A stretch of DNA of 48,100 nt, from positions 1-48,100 of IMG/VR virus record IMGVR_UViG_3300027627_000419; one strand, given 5' to 3'. This stretch comes from a virus. Taxonomy: Duplodnaviria; Caudoviricetes. How positions within the stretch are numbered: the first letter of the stretch is position 1; each line of letters begins with the position of its first letter. Of the stretch, positions 17,789 to 27,457 are shown piece after piece. Below the pieces are notes generated by a model. The model was not told the DNA's origin and made no database searches. It worked only from the letters and a program-made list of their open reading frames with translations. Position numbers and translations under genes: made by a program.

Positions 17789-17825
17789 TTAAACCAATCG
17801 TATATCTTCATTGCTATGCTGTCAA
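17789..17825 (-). promoter_or_regulatory. Sigma70-type promoter, leaderless geometry
   Basis: TTGACA-17-TACGAT-8-ATG(17788); the -35 contains the upstream TGA stop. Confidence 0.8.
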
Positions 17826-19075
17826 TAGATTTTAAGTTCAGGCAATGGGAAGATGAATTTAGTTCCATTTTTAATCATATCTTTTTCCCTTTCAAGGATT
17901 TCATCCTTAAAATGATATGGCCCGACCAAGTAATAATCCGGCTTCATGTGTCTGCTTTCTTTTTCGGATATAATTTTTATTCCGTCGAGAGTGGAGCATC
18001 CTTCTTTTTCGACACTTCTTTCTGCCGCGTACTCTATTAACTCTGGTCCAATACTGCAATAGCCTAATATGGTGTTGAGTTTTGTGGATGCTCCGTAAAC
18101 ATGTACGGTCTTTTTTTCCCTCTTCAGTCGAGACAAAAGAGAAACTAGTTCGCTCTTGTGTTCTTTTATTTTTTTGCCAAAATTTTTGTATGTCTCATTT
18201 TCGTCCAAAGACATGTCAAACTCTTTGAGTCTTAACGCGAATATCTGCGCTTTGGATTCCTCATTATCATAAGCTGTGTTGTTTTCGTGAGTTACGAAAC
18301 ACATAATACTTCCGCCGTTAGTCTTCGTCTCGGTAGCTCTAAACACGCGAAGACCCAACTGTTTGAACATCATTTCTAACGGAGCTAAGTGGTAATGAAC
18401 AATATGCTCGCACACAAAGCTGTCGTAAGCTAAGTTTTTAATCATCAATGGAAGATACGCTACTTCGAAAATCCAAACGCCATCCTCCTTCATTATCGCC
18501 TTAACCTCTTCAGCAAATGAAACCGGATCCTCTACATCGTAATAACAGGCTATAGAGGTAACGATGTCCGCCTTCTTTCCTCCCAGAGCAGATCTTAGCG
18601 TCTTTGTTGGAAAGACTTCGTTTATCACCGTTATGTCTTTGTCTGTTTGTTGAAGGGCGATGTCTGAAGGATCTACTCCTATTTTTTTAAATTTGTTGGG
18701 ATAATTTCTGAGTAGCGTATTATCGTTAGAAGCGATATCAACGACAAGCCCCTTCTTTTTTTTTGTTATCTCCAACGCTTTGGAAACGATTTCCGAAAGG
18801 TGGAGCCTCATCGTGTGGCTTATTCCTGATTGATACCAGTAGTTGCTGTAAAGAATATATGTTGGAACGCTGTGTCTTGTTTGTACCAAACCGCACGAGT
18901 TCTCGTTTTTCGTTGTATCGCAGCGAGTAATTACGTTGGGGATTTTTCTCTTAAACAAGTTCTCTTGTCTATTTTTGAGAAACGCCCCTTGGGAGTGGAT
19001 TAATCCTAAATCGATTACATCTGTCAGATTCGGATTGCCACAAATACGGCAGGTCTGTCTATGTTTAAGATTCAT
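17822..19075 (-). CDS. NDP-hexose C-methyltransferase (TcaB9/NovU-like, Zn-binding)
   Basis: CRIC..DLG, CGLVQ, YWYQSG, DIASND, EHIVHY, NGGS, YGASTK.NT.L, PDYYLV, FIFPLP. Confidence 0.85.
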   Translation of the reverse strand: MNLKHRQTCRICGNPNLTDVIDLGLIHSQGAFLKNRQENLFKRKIPNVITRCDTTKNENSCGLVQTRHSVPTYILYSNYWYQSGISHTMRLHLSEIVSKALEITKKKKGLVVDIASNDNTLLRNYPNKFKKIGVDPSDIALQQTDKDITVINEVFPTKTLRSALGGKKADIVTSIACYYDVEDPVSFAEEVKAIMKEDGVWIFEVAYLPLMIKNLAYDSFVCEHIVHYHLAPLEMMFKQLGLRVFRATETKTNGGSIMCFVTHENNTAYDNEESKAQIFALRLKEFDMSLDENETYKNFGKKIKEHKSELVSLLSRLKREKKTVHVYGASTKLNTILGYCSIGPELIEYAAERSVEKEGCSTLDGIKIISEKESRHMKPDYYLVGPYHFKDEILEREKDMIKNGTKFIFPLPELKIY

Positions 19076-19086
19076 TGTTTGAAAAA

Positions 19087-20136
19087 TTATTTATTGATAT
19101 CGTTCTTTACCATAAGATTAACTAGTTGGTCAAAAGATATTTCTGGAGCCCAGCCAAGCTCCGCTCTGATCTCGGAGGAGTCTCCAAGCAGCAGGTCCAC
19201 CTCTGCTGGTCTGTAGAATTTGGGATTAACTTTAATAAGGCAACTTTTTATGTTCGGAAGCTCTTCGTGGATTGCGTTAGCCAGATGATATTCCTCTTCC
19301 GCCCCTTTACCTTGCCAGAACCCCTCTATGCCAATCGATAAAAAGGCTTTTTCAACGAACTCTCTTACAGAATGAGTCTCTCCACTAGAAAGAATGTATT
19401 CCTTTGGATATTTCTGATTAAGCATTAGCCAGATGCCCCTCACGAAGTCTTTCGAGTGAGACCAATCTCTTTTCGTGTCTAAATTTCCGAGCTCAATGGG
19501 AAGAAAGTTTTCTCCCTTTCCTATCGCTTTGTTTATTCTTGCTACTCCTTTTGAGACCTTTCTCGTAACGAACTCTTCTCCTCGCCTCTCTGACTCATGA
19601 TTGTACAATATCGAGTGTATCGCATATAGATTATAAGAATCTCTATAAACTTTTGTTAAATGTCTAGCCGCAGCTTTCGCGGCTCCGTACGGAGAGCGAG
19701 GGCGAATAGGATGTTTGAGGTCTTGCGGAGAGTACATTACGTCACCCATTTCTTCACTTGAACCCGCAGAATAGAATCTACAACTTGGTGAGAATTTCCT
19801 TATCGCCTCTAGACACCTTAAAACTCCCAAGGCAGTTACGTCAAAAGTCTGCTCTGGAAGTTGCCAACTGGAGCCAACAAAAGATTGTGCCGCAAAGTTT
19901 ATAAAGTAGTCAGGGTTTATTTCTCTTATTATGTTCTCTAACGACTGAGAGTCTGAAAGATCGGCGGTGATTAGTTTAAATCTTTCGTTATTTATCGCTT
20001 CGTCCAAATTGGAGTAATTCGGACTTGAAGACCGACGAACCATTCCGTAAATCTCATAGGGCGTTTCTTTTAATAAAAAATCCGACATGTATGATCCGTC
20101 CTGTCCGGAAACACCAGTAATGATTATTTTTTTCAT
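19087..20136 (-). CDS. gmd: GDP-mannose 4,6-dehydratase
   Basis: TGVSGQDGSY, AAQSFV, SSEE, PRSPYGAAK, NHESERRGEEFVTRK, LGNLD.KRDW, YRPAEVDLLLGD. Confidence 0.95.
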   Translation of the reverse strand: MKKIIITGVSGQDGSYMSDFLLKETPYEIYGMVRRSSSPNYSNLDEAINNERFKLITADLSDSQSLENIIREINPDYFINFAAQSFVGSSWQLPEQTFDVTALGVLRCLEAIRKFSPSCRFYSAGSSEEMGDVMYSPQDLKHPIRPRSPYGAAKAAARHLTKVYRDSYNLYAIHSILYNHESERRGEEFVTRKVSKGVARINKAIGKGENFLPIELGNLDTKRDWSHSKDFVRGIWLMLNQKYPKEYILSSGETHSVREFVEKAFLSIGIEGFWQGKGAEEEYHLANAIHEELPNIKSCLIKVNPKFYRPAEVDLLLGDSSEIRAELGWAPEISFDQLVNLMVKNDINK

Positions 20137-20600
20137 ATTTCAAAAACGATGACGTCTCCCTCTCCTTCCTTTCTCTGTCGTATGTTTATTTGCGAGGTTT
20201 TCTTTTTAAAGAATAAAAAATTTTCGTTTTCTGCGTGTTTAATGAAAATGAGTTTTTCGTACAGGCTTATTGCTTCCTTGTTGGCTCTATGAGTAGACAG
20301 ACTCACCTCCCCTATCTTCATTTTTGCTGCCTCTTCGAGAAGATATACAATCATTTCCTCTCCAAAATTTTTTCTCGTGGATGAGCCGACCACGCAGACG
20401 TCTAACCCGGCATTGACTCCATCTTTTCTTAGGTGCCCATAGGCGACGGCTTGATTGCTTTCGTAAAGTATGGATGTAAGTAAATAGTCTTCGATTGAGT
20501 CTGTTTTTATCGTTTCAAAAGAGGTAAGGTTTCGAAGGGTTTCCCCCGTTTTCTCTATAAACTTTTCTATTTCGTCTTTATCGTTTATTTCTCTAATCAT
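20133..20600 (-). CDS. GNAT-family acetyltransferase
   Basis: 'V...TRKNFGEEMI..L' and 'N.EAISLYEKL.F'; start taken at the TAATG overlap (alternative ATG at 20612). Confidence 0.65.
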   Translation of the reverse strand: MIREINDKDEIEKFIEKTGETLRNLTSFETIKTDSIEDYLLTSILYESNQAVAYGHLRKDGVNAGLDVCVVGSSTRKNFGEEMIVYLLEEAAKMKIGEVSLSTHRANKEAISLYEKLIFIKHAENENFLFFKKKTSQINIRQRKEGEGDVIVFEI

Positions 20601-21523
20601 TAAGGATCGCATAAAAGTTCAAAGCAATCTTTTAAGGAGTAATGATCCCACTTTGTCGTAAAACTAGACGATTGATATGGATAGTACCCGGAAAGATCTA
20701 TGGACATCCGGGATGAGGTGATCCAGCTTATTTTTGGAAAGCAAACTATAGCTTTTTTGTTTATTAATTCAGACGGGAAGGCTGTCAAAGCGCAAGAAAT
20801 TCCAGAAGTCATTCCAAAAAAATAATCACAATATTTTTCGAAGAAAAGCTTTATCTGTTTTATTTCTAAATCTTTTAACAGAAAATCATTGTTTAGGTTA
20901 TTCCCTACGCTGACATACTTTCTTTTGTTCTTTAGCTCTTTATTTACGCGACCCTTTCTCATCCACGTTTTAAGGATTCCGTTCGTGGCCTCCTGATAAG
21001 GATTAAAGAGCGTGTGGGCTCTATCTTCGAAAAGACATATCGAAAAATCCCCAGCAACAGAATTCTTTATTTTTTTGTATAATTCGTCGGCCTTTACATA
21101 GTCTTCTCGATCGTAGTAAAAAATTGGATTCATTTCCTCCTCAGACGCTTTAATCGGGAAGCCGTGATTACCCACTAGTCGAATAATGTTTTTGCTCGGT
21201 GAAAGATCGGGTATCGATATTAAAGGGAAGCTAAACAGGCAGTGTATAAGCTTGTCGTATTTTCCTTTGAAAGTTTTTTCTATCCACTCGTTGTAATAAG
21301 CATCTTGACTTGGGATACTTTCTGTGCCGTTCCAAGGGCTGTCGTAGTCTTCTAAAATTAATAAATTTTTTAAATTAGGATTGTTCTCAAGAATGGACGC
21401 GTGAATTCTTCTGCATAAAAAATCGAACTCCACGTCGGGATATTCCACCTTTAAATGACGGAGAACTCCCGTATAAAGGATCAAATCGCCCGCAGCAAGA
21501 CATAGGTGTAAAAGAACTTTCAT
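20600..21523 (-). CDS. GT9-like glycosyltransferase
   Basis: 'GDLILYTGVLRHLKVEYPD...ILENNP' and 'FFGMTSG'. Confidence 0.7.
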   Translation of the reverse strand: MKVLLHLCLAAGDLILYTGVLRHLKVEYPDVEFDFLCRRIHASILENNPNLKNLLILEDYDSPWNGTESIPSQDAYYNEWIEKTFKGKYDKLIHCLFSFPLISIPDLSPSKNIIRLVGNHGFPIKASEEEMNPIFYYDREDYVKADELYKKIKNSVAGDFSICLFEDRAHTLFNPYQEATNGILKTWMRKGRVNKELKNKRKYVSVGNNLNNDFLLKDLEIKQIKLFFEKYCDYFFGMTSGISCALTAFPSELINKKAIVCFPKISWITSSRMSIDLSGYYPYQSSSFTTKWDHYSLKDCFELLCDP

Positions 21524-22080
21524 ACTGGGGGGATACGAGCGACCATGATATTTCCGTGTTCTTCTATAAGATAAGAGCCATTTATCTTTAGTATTTCCGA
21601 TTCAGCTTCTTCCTTCGGCAGATAGTTCCACTCTTTTGTTTCGAACTTGTTTACATTATTTATCAAAATTACATTATTTTTGTTTTCATGCTTTGCTATT
21701 TCGCCTAGGTCGTAAAGTACAGGCATGGAATAATAATTCCAAGCATCTAGCCAGAAGAATATTTTATTTTCTTTAAGAAACGGAAGAGTCAGCCTTAATA
21801 TATCATTCGCATTTCCGAGATAGATGTTTACGTTTCTGTAATCCTTGTATCTTTCAAAAGAGGTAAGGAAGAAGCTTTCACACACCTCTACGGAATGAAC
21901 GTCTTCAAATCCAGCGTTTATTGCCTGCGCGACTCCCAAGCCTTCATTTGTTCCTGTCTCGAAAAAGGTATCGCAATCCCCTCTGTATTTTTTAATTATT
22001 TCTTGAGTCAGGTCGGAAGAGAGGTGATCGTGGGGGTAATTTTGTACTTGCCATGCTTCGTGGTTGATGTAGTAATCCAT
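21520..22080 (-). CDS. Class I SAM-methyltransferase-like protein
   Basis: FFETGT..G, VHSVE, FFWLDA; start moved to the ATG at 22080 (promoter upstream). Confidence 0.65.
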   Translation of the reverse strand: MDYYINHEAWQVQNYPHDHLSSDLTQEIIKKYRGDCDTFFETGTNEGLGVAQAINAGFEDVHSVEVCESFFLTSFERYKDYRNVNIYLGNANDILRLTLPFLKENKIFFWLDAWNYYSMPVLYDLGEIAKHENKNNVILINNVNKFETKEWNYLPKEEAESEILKINGSYLIEEHGNIMVARIPPV

Positions 22081-22116
22081 GAATAAGACAATGGAGTCAA
22101 AAAGAAGAAAAGTCAA
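22081..22116 (-). promoter_or_regulatory. Sigma70-type promoter, leaderless geometry
   Basis: TTGACT-17-CATTGT-7-ATG(22080). Confidence 0.65.
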
Positions 22117-22117
22117 A

Positions 22118-22417
22118 CTACTTTTTCATGGCGTCAAGCTTTTCCTCAAGTCTGTCGAATCTGTGATGAACCACTTTAACCAAGTTATTAAAGTCGTCCT
22201 TGGAAACGTATTTTTCAGGAATGGAAAGAGCTAAGGTCGTGAGATCTTCATTAAGCTTTCTAAAGTCTTCTTTGCTTTCTGTATAAAGCTGCTTGTAATC
22301 GTCCTGCATCCTACTTAACAAAGCAAAGTTTATCTTTAGTATCCAGCCGCCGAAGAAGGTCAACACCCCGAAAAGAGCATTGATAACTAATTGCCAACTT
22401 AATGTCGAGTGGTCCAT
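22118..22417 (-). CDS. Single-TM coiled-coil membrane protein (holin/lysis-accessory-like)
   Basis: N-terminal hydrophobic helix; 'LP/IP..YV.K.DF...RFDRLEEKLD'. Confidence 0.6.
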   Translation of the reverse strand: MDHSTLSWQLVINALFGVLTFFGGWILKINFALLSRMQDDYKQLYTESKEDFRKLNEDLTTLALSIPEKYVSKDDFNNLVKVVHHRFDRLEEKLDAMKK

Positions 22418-22431
22418 GCCTACTTATACAC
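22418..22431 (-). promoter_or_regulatory. GTGTA-N9-ATG motif
   Basis: GTGTA TAAGTAGGC ATG. Confidence 0.6.
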
Positions 22432-22434
22432 CAA

Positions 22435-24798
22435 TTAGCCGCTGCAAGACTGGCAATTTTCGGGGTCGCTTACCGAGCAGGACATCAGAGAAGCGTCCTC
22501 TTTGCTCTTTGAGCTTTCTACGCCGAGAGTCTTTATCGCTTCTGATTTACCAAGAGTTCTCAGGTAGTACATCCCCGTCTTTAAACCCTTGCCCCATGCG
22601 TAAAAATGGGCAGAGTTCAATTTCCCCATATTGACGTCCTTCATGAAGATGTTCATGGACTGAGATTGACACACGAAAGCTCCTCTTTCCGCCGCTAGAT
22701 CAATAATTACTTTCTGAGGGATCTCCCACACGGTCTTGTATATGTTTCTTATATTCTCCGGAATGTCTACTATATGTTGTATGGATCCGTTCTCCTCGAA
22801 CATTCTCAGCCTAACGTGGTCGTTCCACAGATTTAGAGCAATAAGGTCCGTCACCAGATGTTTGTTAACGATGACGAATTCTCCGCTCAAAGTATTTCTT
22901 TTGTATAAGTTGCTTGTGAAAGGCTCGAAGCATTCGTTGTTCCCGAGTATTTGGGCCGTTGATGCTGTTGGCATTGGGGCGATGAGTAGGGAGTTTCTCG
23001 CTCCGTGCTTTACCACTTGCTCTCTGAGCTTGATCCAGTCATATCTGTTTGACGGAGCCGTTCCCCACAGGTCAAATTGAAACGCGCCCTTTGATAGGGG
23101 AGACCCTTTGAATGAGGCGTACGCTCCTTCTTCTTTTGCTATCTCTATTGAAGCGTTCATTGACGCGTAGTACATCGTCTCAAAAATGTCCTTATTTAAT
23201 CTTCTGGCTTCCTCCGAGTCAAAGCTATATCCCAATATTGCAAATGTGTCAGCAAGCCCCTGAACGCCAATACCGATGGGTCTGTGCTTTAGGTTGGATA
23301 CTCTTGTTTCTTCTGTGGGGTAGAAATTTACATCAATAACTTTATTAAGATTTAATGTTACCTGATGGACAACCTCCTTAAGCTTCTCAAAATTAAAGAA
23401 CTTCTTTTTGTCTTTTGTCTTTTCTATGTATTTGGGAAGAGCGATTGAGGCCAGGTTGCAAACGGCCTGTTCTTTGCCGCTACTGTACTCGATAATCTCG
23501 GCGCAAAGATTGCTGGATTTTATTGTGCCGAGGTTCTTTTGGTTAGATTTGTTGTTTGCTGCGTCCTTGTACAGAATGTACGGGGTTCCTGTCTCCATTT
23601 GAGCCTTTAGGATTTCTGACCAAAGGTGTCTAGCCTTCACGGTCTTCTTGGCCTTGTTTTCTTTTTCGTATTTCGTGTAAAGCTCTGTAAATCTCTTCTC
23701 CTCAATGGAGTCGTATACGTCAGCAAGTCCGGGAGCCTCATTCGGGCAAAAAAGAGTCCAGTCTCCGTCTTCCTTAACTCTCTGCATGAACAAGTCTGGA
23801 GTCCAAAGAGCTAGGAATAAATCTCTTGCTCTCATCTCTTCCTTCCCGTGGTTTTTGCGAAGCTCAATAAACTCGTAGATGTCCGCGTGCCAAGGCTCGA
23901 TATAAATGGCGAAGCTCCCCTTCCTTTTTCCTCCCTGATTTATCCAGCGAGCAACCTCGTTGTAAGTCTTCATCATAGGAACGAGACCATCAGAGTATCC
24001 GCCCGTCCCTTTAATGTAACTTCCTTTCGCGCGAACGTCGTGGACATGAAGCCCGATTCCTCCAGCCCACTTCGAGATGGTCGCTACGTCCTTAACCGTA
24101 TCGAAAAGACCCTCGATCGAGTCTCCTTTATTTCCTAGTAAAAAACAAGAAGCCAATTGTGCTCGTTTTGTCCCTGCGTTAAAAAGAGTGGGGGTAGCGT
24201 GCGTGAAATATCCAAGAGAAAGATAGTCGTACGTCTTTTGCACCATCTCCAAGTCGTCTCCCCATATCCCAACCGAGACGCGCATATACATGAACTGTGG
24301 AGTCTCCGCTATCCTGTTGTTCGTTTTAAGAAGGTAACTTCTTTCGAGAGTTTTGAATCCGAAGTAATCGAAATTGAAGTCTCGGTCTTCAACAATCAAA
24401 GAGTCCAGTTTCTTTGCGTGCTTCTTAATTACTCCCCAAGTTTCTTCGCTCAGGAATCCAGAATCTTCCCCAGTCGTCTCGTCCTTAAACTTATGGAGTT
24501 TTTCCATCGCTTTGCTGAAATGATCTTCTACTTCTTTATGCAAAGAGCTTACCGCTATCCTTGCCGCTAGGGTAGAATAGTCTGGGTGGATTGATGTAAG
24601 GCTGGCTGCTGTTTCCGAAACGAGACGGTCTACCTCTTTTGTCGTTACGCCATTATAAAGTCCGCCTATGGCTTTGATTGCTACCTCAGAATAATCAACG
24701 AAGCTCGAGTTGAGTCCGTAAGTCATCCTCTTTATTCTCGCAGAGACCTTATCGAACTTCATTACCTCTCTAGACCCGTCTTTTTTAATTACTTCCAT
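22435..24798 (-). CDS. nrdA: Ribonucleotide reductase class Ia alpha subunit with ATP cone
   Basis: VIKKDG ATP cone, ATPTLFNAG, SCFL, SNLCAEI, VCNLAS, APMPTAST, KTGMYYLR, C-terminal CxxC. Confidence 0.97.
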   Translation of the reverse strand: MEVIKKDGSREVMKFDKVSARIKRMTYGLNSSFVDYSEVAIKAIGGLYNGVTTKEVDRLVSETAASLTSIHPDYSTLAARIAVSSLHKEVEDHFSKAMEKLHKFKDETTGEDSGFLSEETWGVIKKHAKKLDSLIVEDRDFNFDYFGFKTLERSYLLKTNNRIAETPQFMYMRVSVGIWGDDLEMVQKTYDYLSLGYFTHATPTLFNAGTKRAQLASCFLLGNKGDSIEGLFDTVKDVATISKWAGGIGLHVHDVRAKGSYIKGTGGYSDGLVPMMKTYNEVARWINQGGKRKGSFAIYIEPWHADIYEFIELRKNHGKEEMRARDLFLALWTPDLFMQRVKEDGDWTLFCPNEAPGLADVYDSIEEKRFTELYTKYEKENKAKKTVKARHLWSEILKAQMETGTPYILYKDAANNKSNQKNLGTIKSSNLCAEIIEYSSGKEQAVCNLASIALPKYIEKTKDKKKFFNFEKLKEVVHQVTLNLNKVIDVNFYPTEETRVSNLKHRPIGIGVQGLADTFAILGYSFDSEEARRLNKDIFETMYYASMNASIEIAKEEGAYASFKGSPLSKGAFQFDLWGTAPSNRYDWIKLREQVVKHGARNSLLIAPMPTASTAQILGNNECFEPFTSNLYKRNTLSGEFVIVNKHLVTDLIALNLWNDHVRLRMFEENGSIQHIVDIPENIRNIYKTVWEIPQKVIIDLAAERGAFVCQSQSMNIFMKDVNMGKLNSAHFYAWGKGLKTGMYYLRTLGKSEAIKTLGVESSKSKEDASLMSCSVSDPENCQSCSG

Positions 24799-24809
24799 AT
24801 TTTTATCAA

Positions 24810-25775
24810 TTAAAAACTAACATCAAACGATAGTGAGTTATTTTTTTCTCCTACTCCCGCCTTAGCGTATTCTGCCACCCTCTTTTCAAAGAAGTTGGTT
24901 TTGTTTTGCAGGGCAATGTTCTGCATGAAGTCGAACGGATTTCCGCTGTTGTGGACTTTCTCGCAGTTTAAAGAGACGAGAAGCCTATCTGTAACAAATT
25001 CCAAGTAAGTTTTCATCAGTGAACCATTCATTCCAATCAAATCTACAGGAAGGGAGTCTGTGATAAACTCCTTTTCAATCGCCAGCGCAGACTGAAGGAT
25101 TTCTCTGATTCTTTCTTTCGGTAGTTTGTTTTCGATGTGGTTATTATAGATGTGACAAGCAAAATCGCAATGAAGACCCTCGTCTCTCGAAATCAGCTCA
25201 TTACTAAAGCTAAGTCCAGGCATTAGCCCCCGCTTCTTTAGCCAGAAGATAGAGCAGAAGCTTCCAGAAAAGAAAATTCCTTCAACAGCCGCAAAAGCAA
25301 TAAGTCTTTCCGCGAAGCTCGGCGAGCTAATCCATTTCAAAGCCCATTCAGCTTTCTTTTTTACGCACGGAACGGTCTCTATAGCATTAAATAGTTTATT
25401 TTGTTCTTCCGAATCTTTTACGTATGTATCGATCAGGAGGGAGTACGTTTCGCTGTGGATGTTCTCCATCATTATCTGAAACCCGTAGAAGAACTTGGCC
25501 TCTGGGTACTGCACTTCGTTTACGAAGTTCTGTGCGATGTTTTCATTTACGATCCCATCTGACGCGGCAAAAAATGCTAGAACGTTTTTAACGAAGTGCT
25601 TCTCTCCCTCGTTAAGATTATTGAAATGAGAAATGTCCTCGCTCAAATCCACCTCTTCAGCAGTCCAAAAACTAGCTTCTGCTTTTTTATAAAATTCCCA
25701 GATGTCCTGATGCTTAATCGGAAATACCACGAAACGATTCGGATTGTTTTGTAAAATATGCTCTTCGATTGACAT
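24810..25775 (-). CDS. nrdB: Ribonucleotide reductase class Ia beta subunit
   Basis: [51 protein letters not shown]. Confidence 0.97.
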   Translation of the reverse strand: MSIEEHILQNNPNRFVVFPIKHQDIWEFYKKAEASFWTAEEVDLSEDISHFNNLNEGEKHFVKNVLAFFAASDGIVNENIAQNFVNEVQYPEAKFFYGFQIMMENIHSETYSLLIDTYVKDSEEQNKLFNAIETVPCVKKKAEWALKWISSPSFAERLIAFAAVEGIFFSGSFCSIFWLKKRGLMPGLSFSNELISRDEGLHCDFACHIYNNHIENKLPKERIREILQSALAIEKEFITDSLPVDLIGMNGSLMKTYLEFVTDRLLVSLNCEKVHNSGNPFDFMQNIALQNKTNFFEKRVAEYAKAGVGEKNNSLSFDVSF

Positions 25776-25790
25776 GAACTTAAATTAGCA
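25776..25790 (-). promoter_or_regulatory. Extended -10 promoter, leaderless geometry
   Basis: TG-C-TAATTT-6-ATG(25775); no clear -35. Confidence 0.45.
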
Positions 25791-25864
25791 CGGTCTTGAG
25801 AAGAAGAAAAGGAAAAAAAAAATTTAATTACTCGGAGGCAATCAGAACCCAAATAAAGAGTTTT

Positions 25865-27130
25865 TTAAATCTCTCTTCCGCCAGGAGGTGTTTCTCCGTC
25901 TTTCAACTTTACTAAATGAGCCTTGACGTAAGAAATGTTATGAGTCTTGTGATAATCGGAAGGAAAATAATCCAAAATTCTATTTAATTTAAATTTAACA
26001 GGGGTATTTATATATGCCGCCGTCTCCCTCTTTGTGTAATACCAAAAGCTATTACTATTCCAGAAGCTTACGTGAGTCGGGTCTTGGAATGCTCCTCTTC
26101 CGTCGGTGCTCGGAACCTCAATGAGTCCCCATCCGTAATCAGCCAAGCAGCGATGCATTTCTTTCATCGTATGGATTGGATCTTTCAAATGCTCTAAAGC
26201 GTCTTGCATTCTAAAAAGACCGACTTCTCCATCTTTAAACGGCCACCCTTGATCCAAATCGCAAACTACATCTACGTTTTTGTGAGCGAACTTATCAACC
26301 GTGATAAAGCCTTTGTGTTTGCGACTAAAAGAACAGAGATCAACTTTCTTTAGATTATTTATGTCACACCATTTTATCACCATGTCTTCAATGTACTTAT
26401 CATGGAGATTTTTTGTTAGGTCCTGTATTCTTTCATTTTTCTCCTTACTGTAACACGTATTCTGACCCTTATTTACGTGGTACGTATAGAGAGCTTTATC
26501 GATCATAACGCAACTTCCTGCTATGTAAGTTCTACATACCAAGTCGAAGTCATCGCAGACATCCAAAGACTCGTCGTGTCCCCCAATTTTGTAGTAAAAT
26601 GATTTTCTCCACGCTCTTACGTGATTGGGCGCATACCAGATATAGGAAAATGACAAAGCCGAGGGCTCAAAGGCGTGAGTTGTGAATCTATTTTTCGTTT
26701 CGTCTAGGGAATATTTCCAGCCGAAATACTCCGAATAGGGTTTGCTCGGTTGGCCATCGTAGACGTGAAAACAACTAGAGTAAACAAAGTCTGTGGACTC
26801 CTGTTTGAATGCCTCAAGGAGTTCTTCTAGGCATTCTGGCTCTAATTCATCGTCGTGATCGAGCTCGACTAGGATTTCTCCAGAAGCGAACTCGCAAGCC
26901 TTCTTTTTTAAAAATCCTATATTTATGTTTTTGGAGTCGGAAGAAACTATCCTAGTCTTTTTCAGGAGTTCGTCCGAAAGATTAGTCTTTAAGACGTCGT
27001 ATGCATCCCTCGATGCTCCGTTCAAAAGGATTATCCACTCGAAATTTTTGTAGACTTGTTTCTCTAAGCTTTTCGCTGGGATTGACAACTTGGAAAATTC
27101 ATGGGAAGGAGTAAAGACGGAAAATTTCAT
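25865..27130 (-). CDS. GT2 glycosyltransferase fused to a SAM-methyltransferase-like domain
   Basis: SVFTPS, ELDHDD, 'IGGHD..L.VCDDFDL'; then 'CDLDQGWPF...DALEHL...EMHR.L...VP...AFQDPTH..FWN'. Confidence 0.85.
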   Translation of the reverse strand: MKFSVFTPSHEFSKLSIPAKSLEKQVYKNFEWIILLNGASRDAYDVLKTNLSDELLKKTRIVSSDSKNINIGFLKKKACEFASGEILVELDHDDELEPECLEELLEAFKQESTDFVYSSCFHVYDGQPSKPYSEYFGWKYSLDETKNRFTTHAFEPSALSFSYIWYAPNHVRAWRKSFYYKIGGHDESLDVCDDFDLVCRTYIAGSCVMIDKALYTYHVNKGQNTCYSKEKNERIQDLTKNLHDKYIEDMVIKWCDINNLKKVDLCSFSRKHKGFITVDKFAHKNVDVVCDLDQGWPFKDGEVGLFRMQDALEHLKDPIHTMKEMHRCLADYGWGLIEVPSTDGRGAFQDPTHVSFWNSNSFWYYTKRETAAYINTPVKFKLNRILDYFPSDYHKTHNISYVKAHLVKLKDGETPPGGREI

Positions 27131-27456
27131 TTATTCTTTTTCTTTGTCTTTTCTTTTCGGGCTTCTTGGCTTTTTTTCTTCACTGCATCAGAGCCTAGAA
27201 TTTTTTCCCTCTTCGAACTTAATTCTGCTGATTTATCCCACAAATCCCCAACCGAATAATTCTTCTTCTTCGTCTTCTCTGCGAAATCTGATTCGGAAAA
27301 AGCATTTATCTCCGTATCAATCGACGCGCTTGGTATCGTGAAGACTCTTTCCCAAGATAGTCCATTTTTGTCCACAAAGACATGCTCATCGTTCATCTTC
27401 TGTAGAACGTTCTTTATCTCTTCTGTTCTAGGATTTTTAAAAAGATAGATCGGCAT
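27127..27456 (-). CDS. FmdB-like small protein lacking the Zn cysteines
   Basis: 'MPIY.F...E...QKMND.H...WERVF..P'. Confidence 0.55.
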   Translation of the reverse strand: MPIYLFKNPRTEEIKNVLQKMNDEHVFVDKNGLSWERVFTIPSASIDTEINAFSESDFAEKTKKKNYSVGDLWDKSAELSSKREKILGSDAVKKKSQEARKEKTKKKNK

Positions 27457-27457
27457 A

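Noticed and set aside
25791-25864. Intrinsic terminator upstream of nrdB
   Set aside because: A long U-tract is present on the minus strand, but I could not find a convincing adjacent GC-rich stem.
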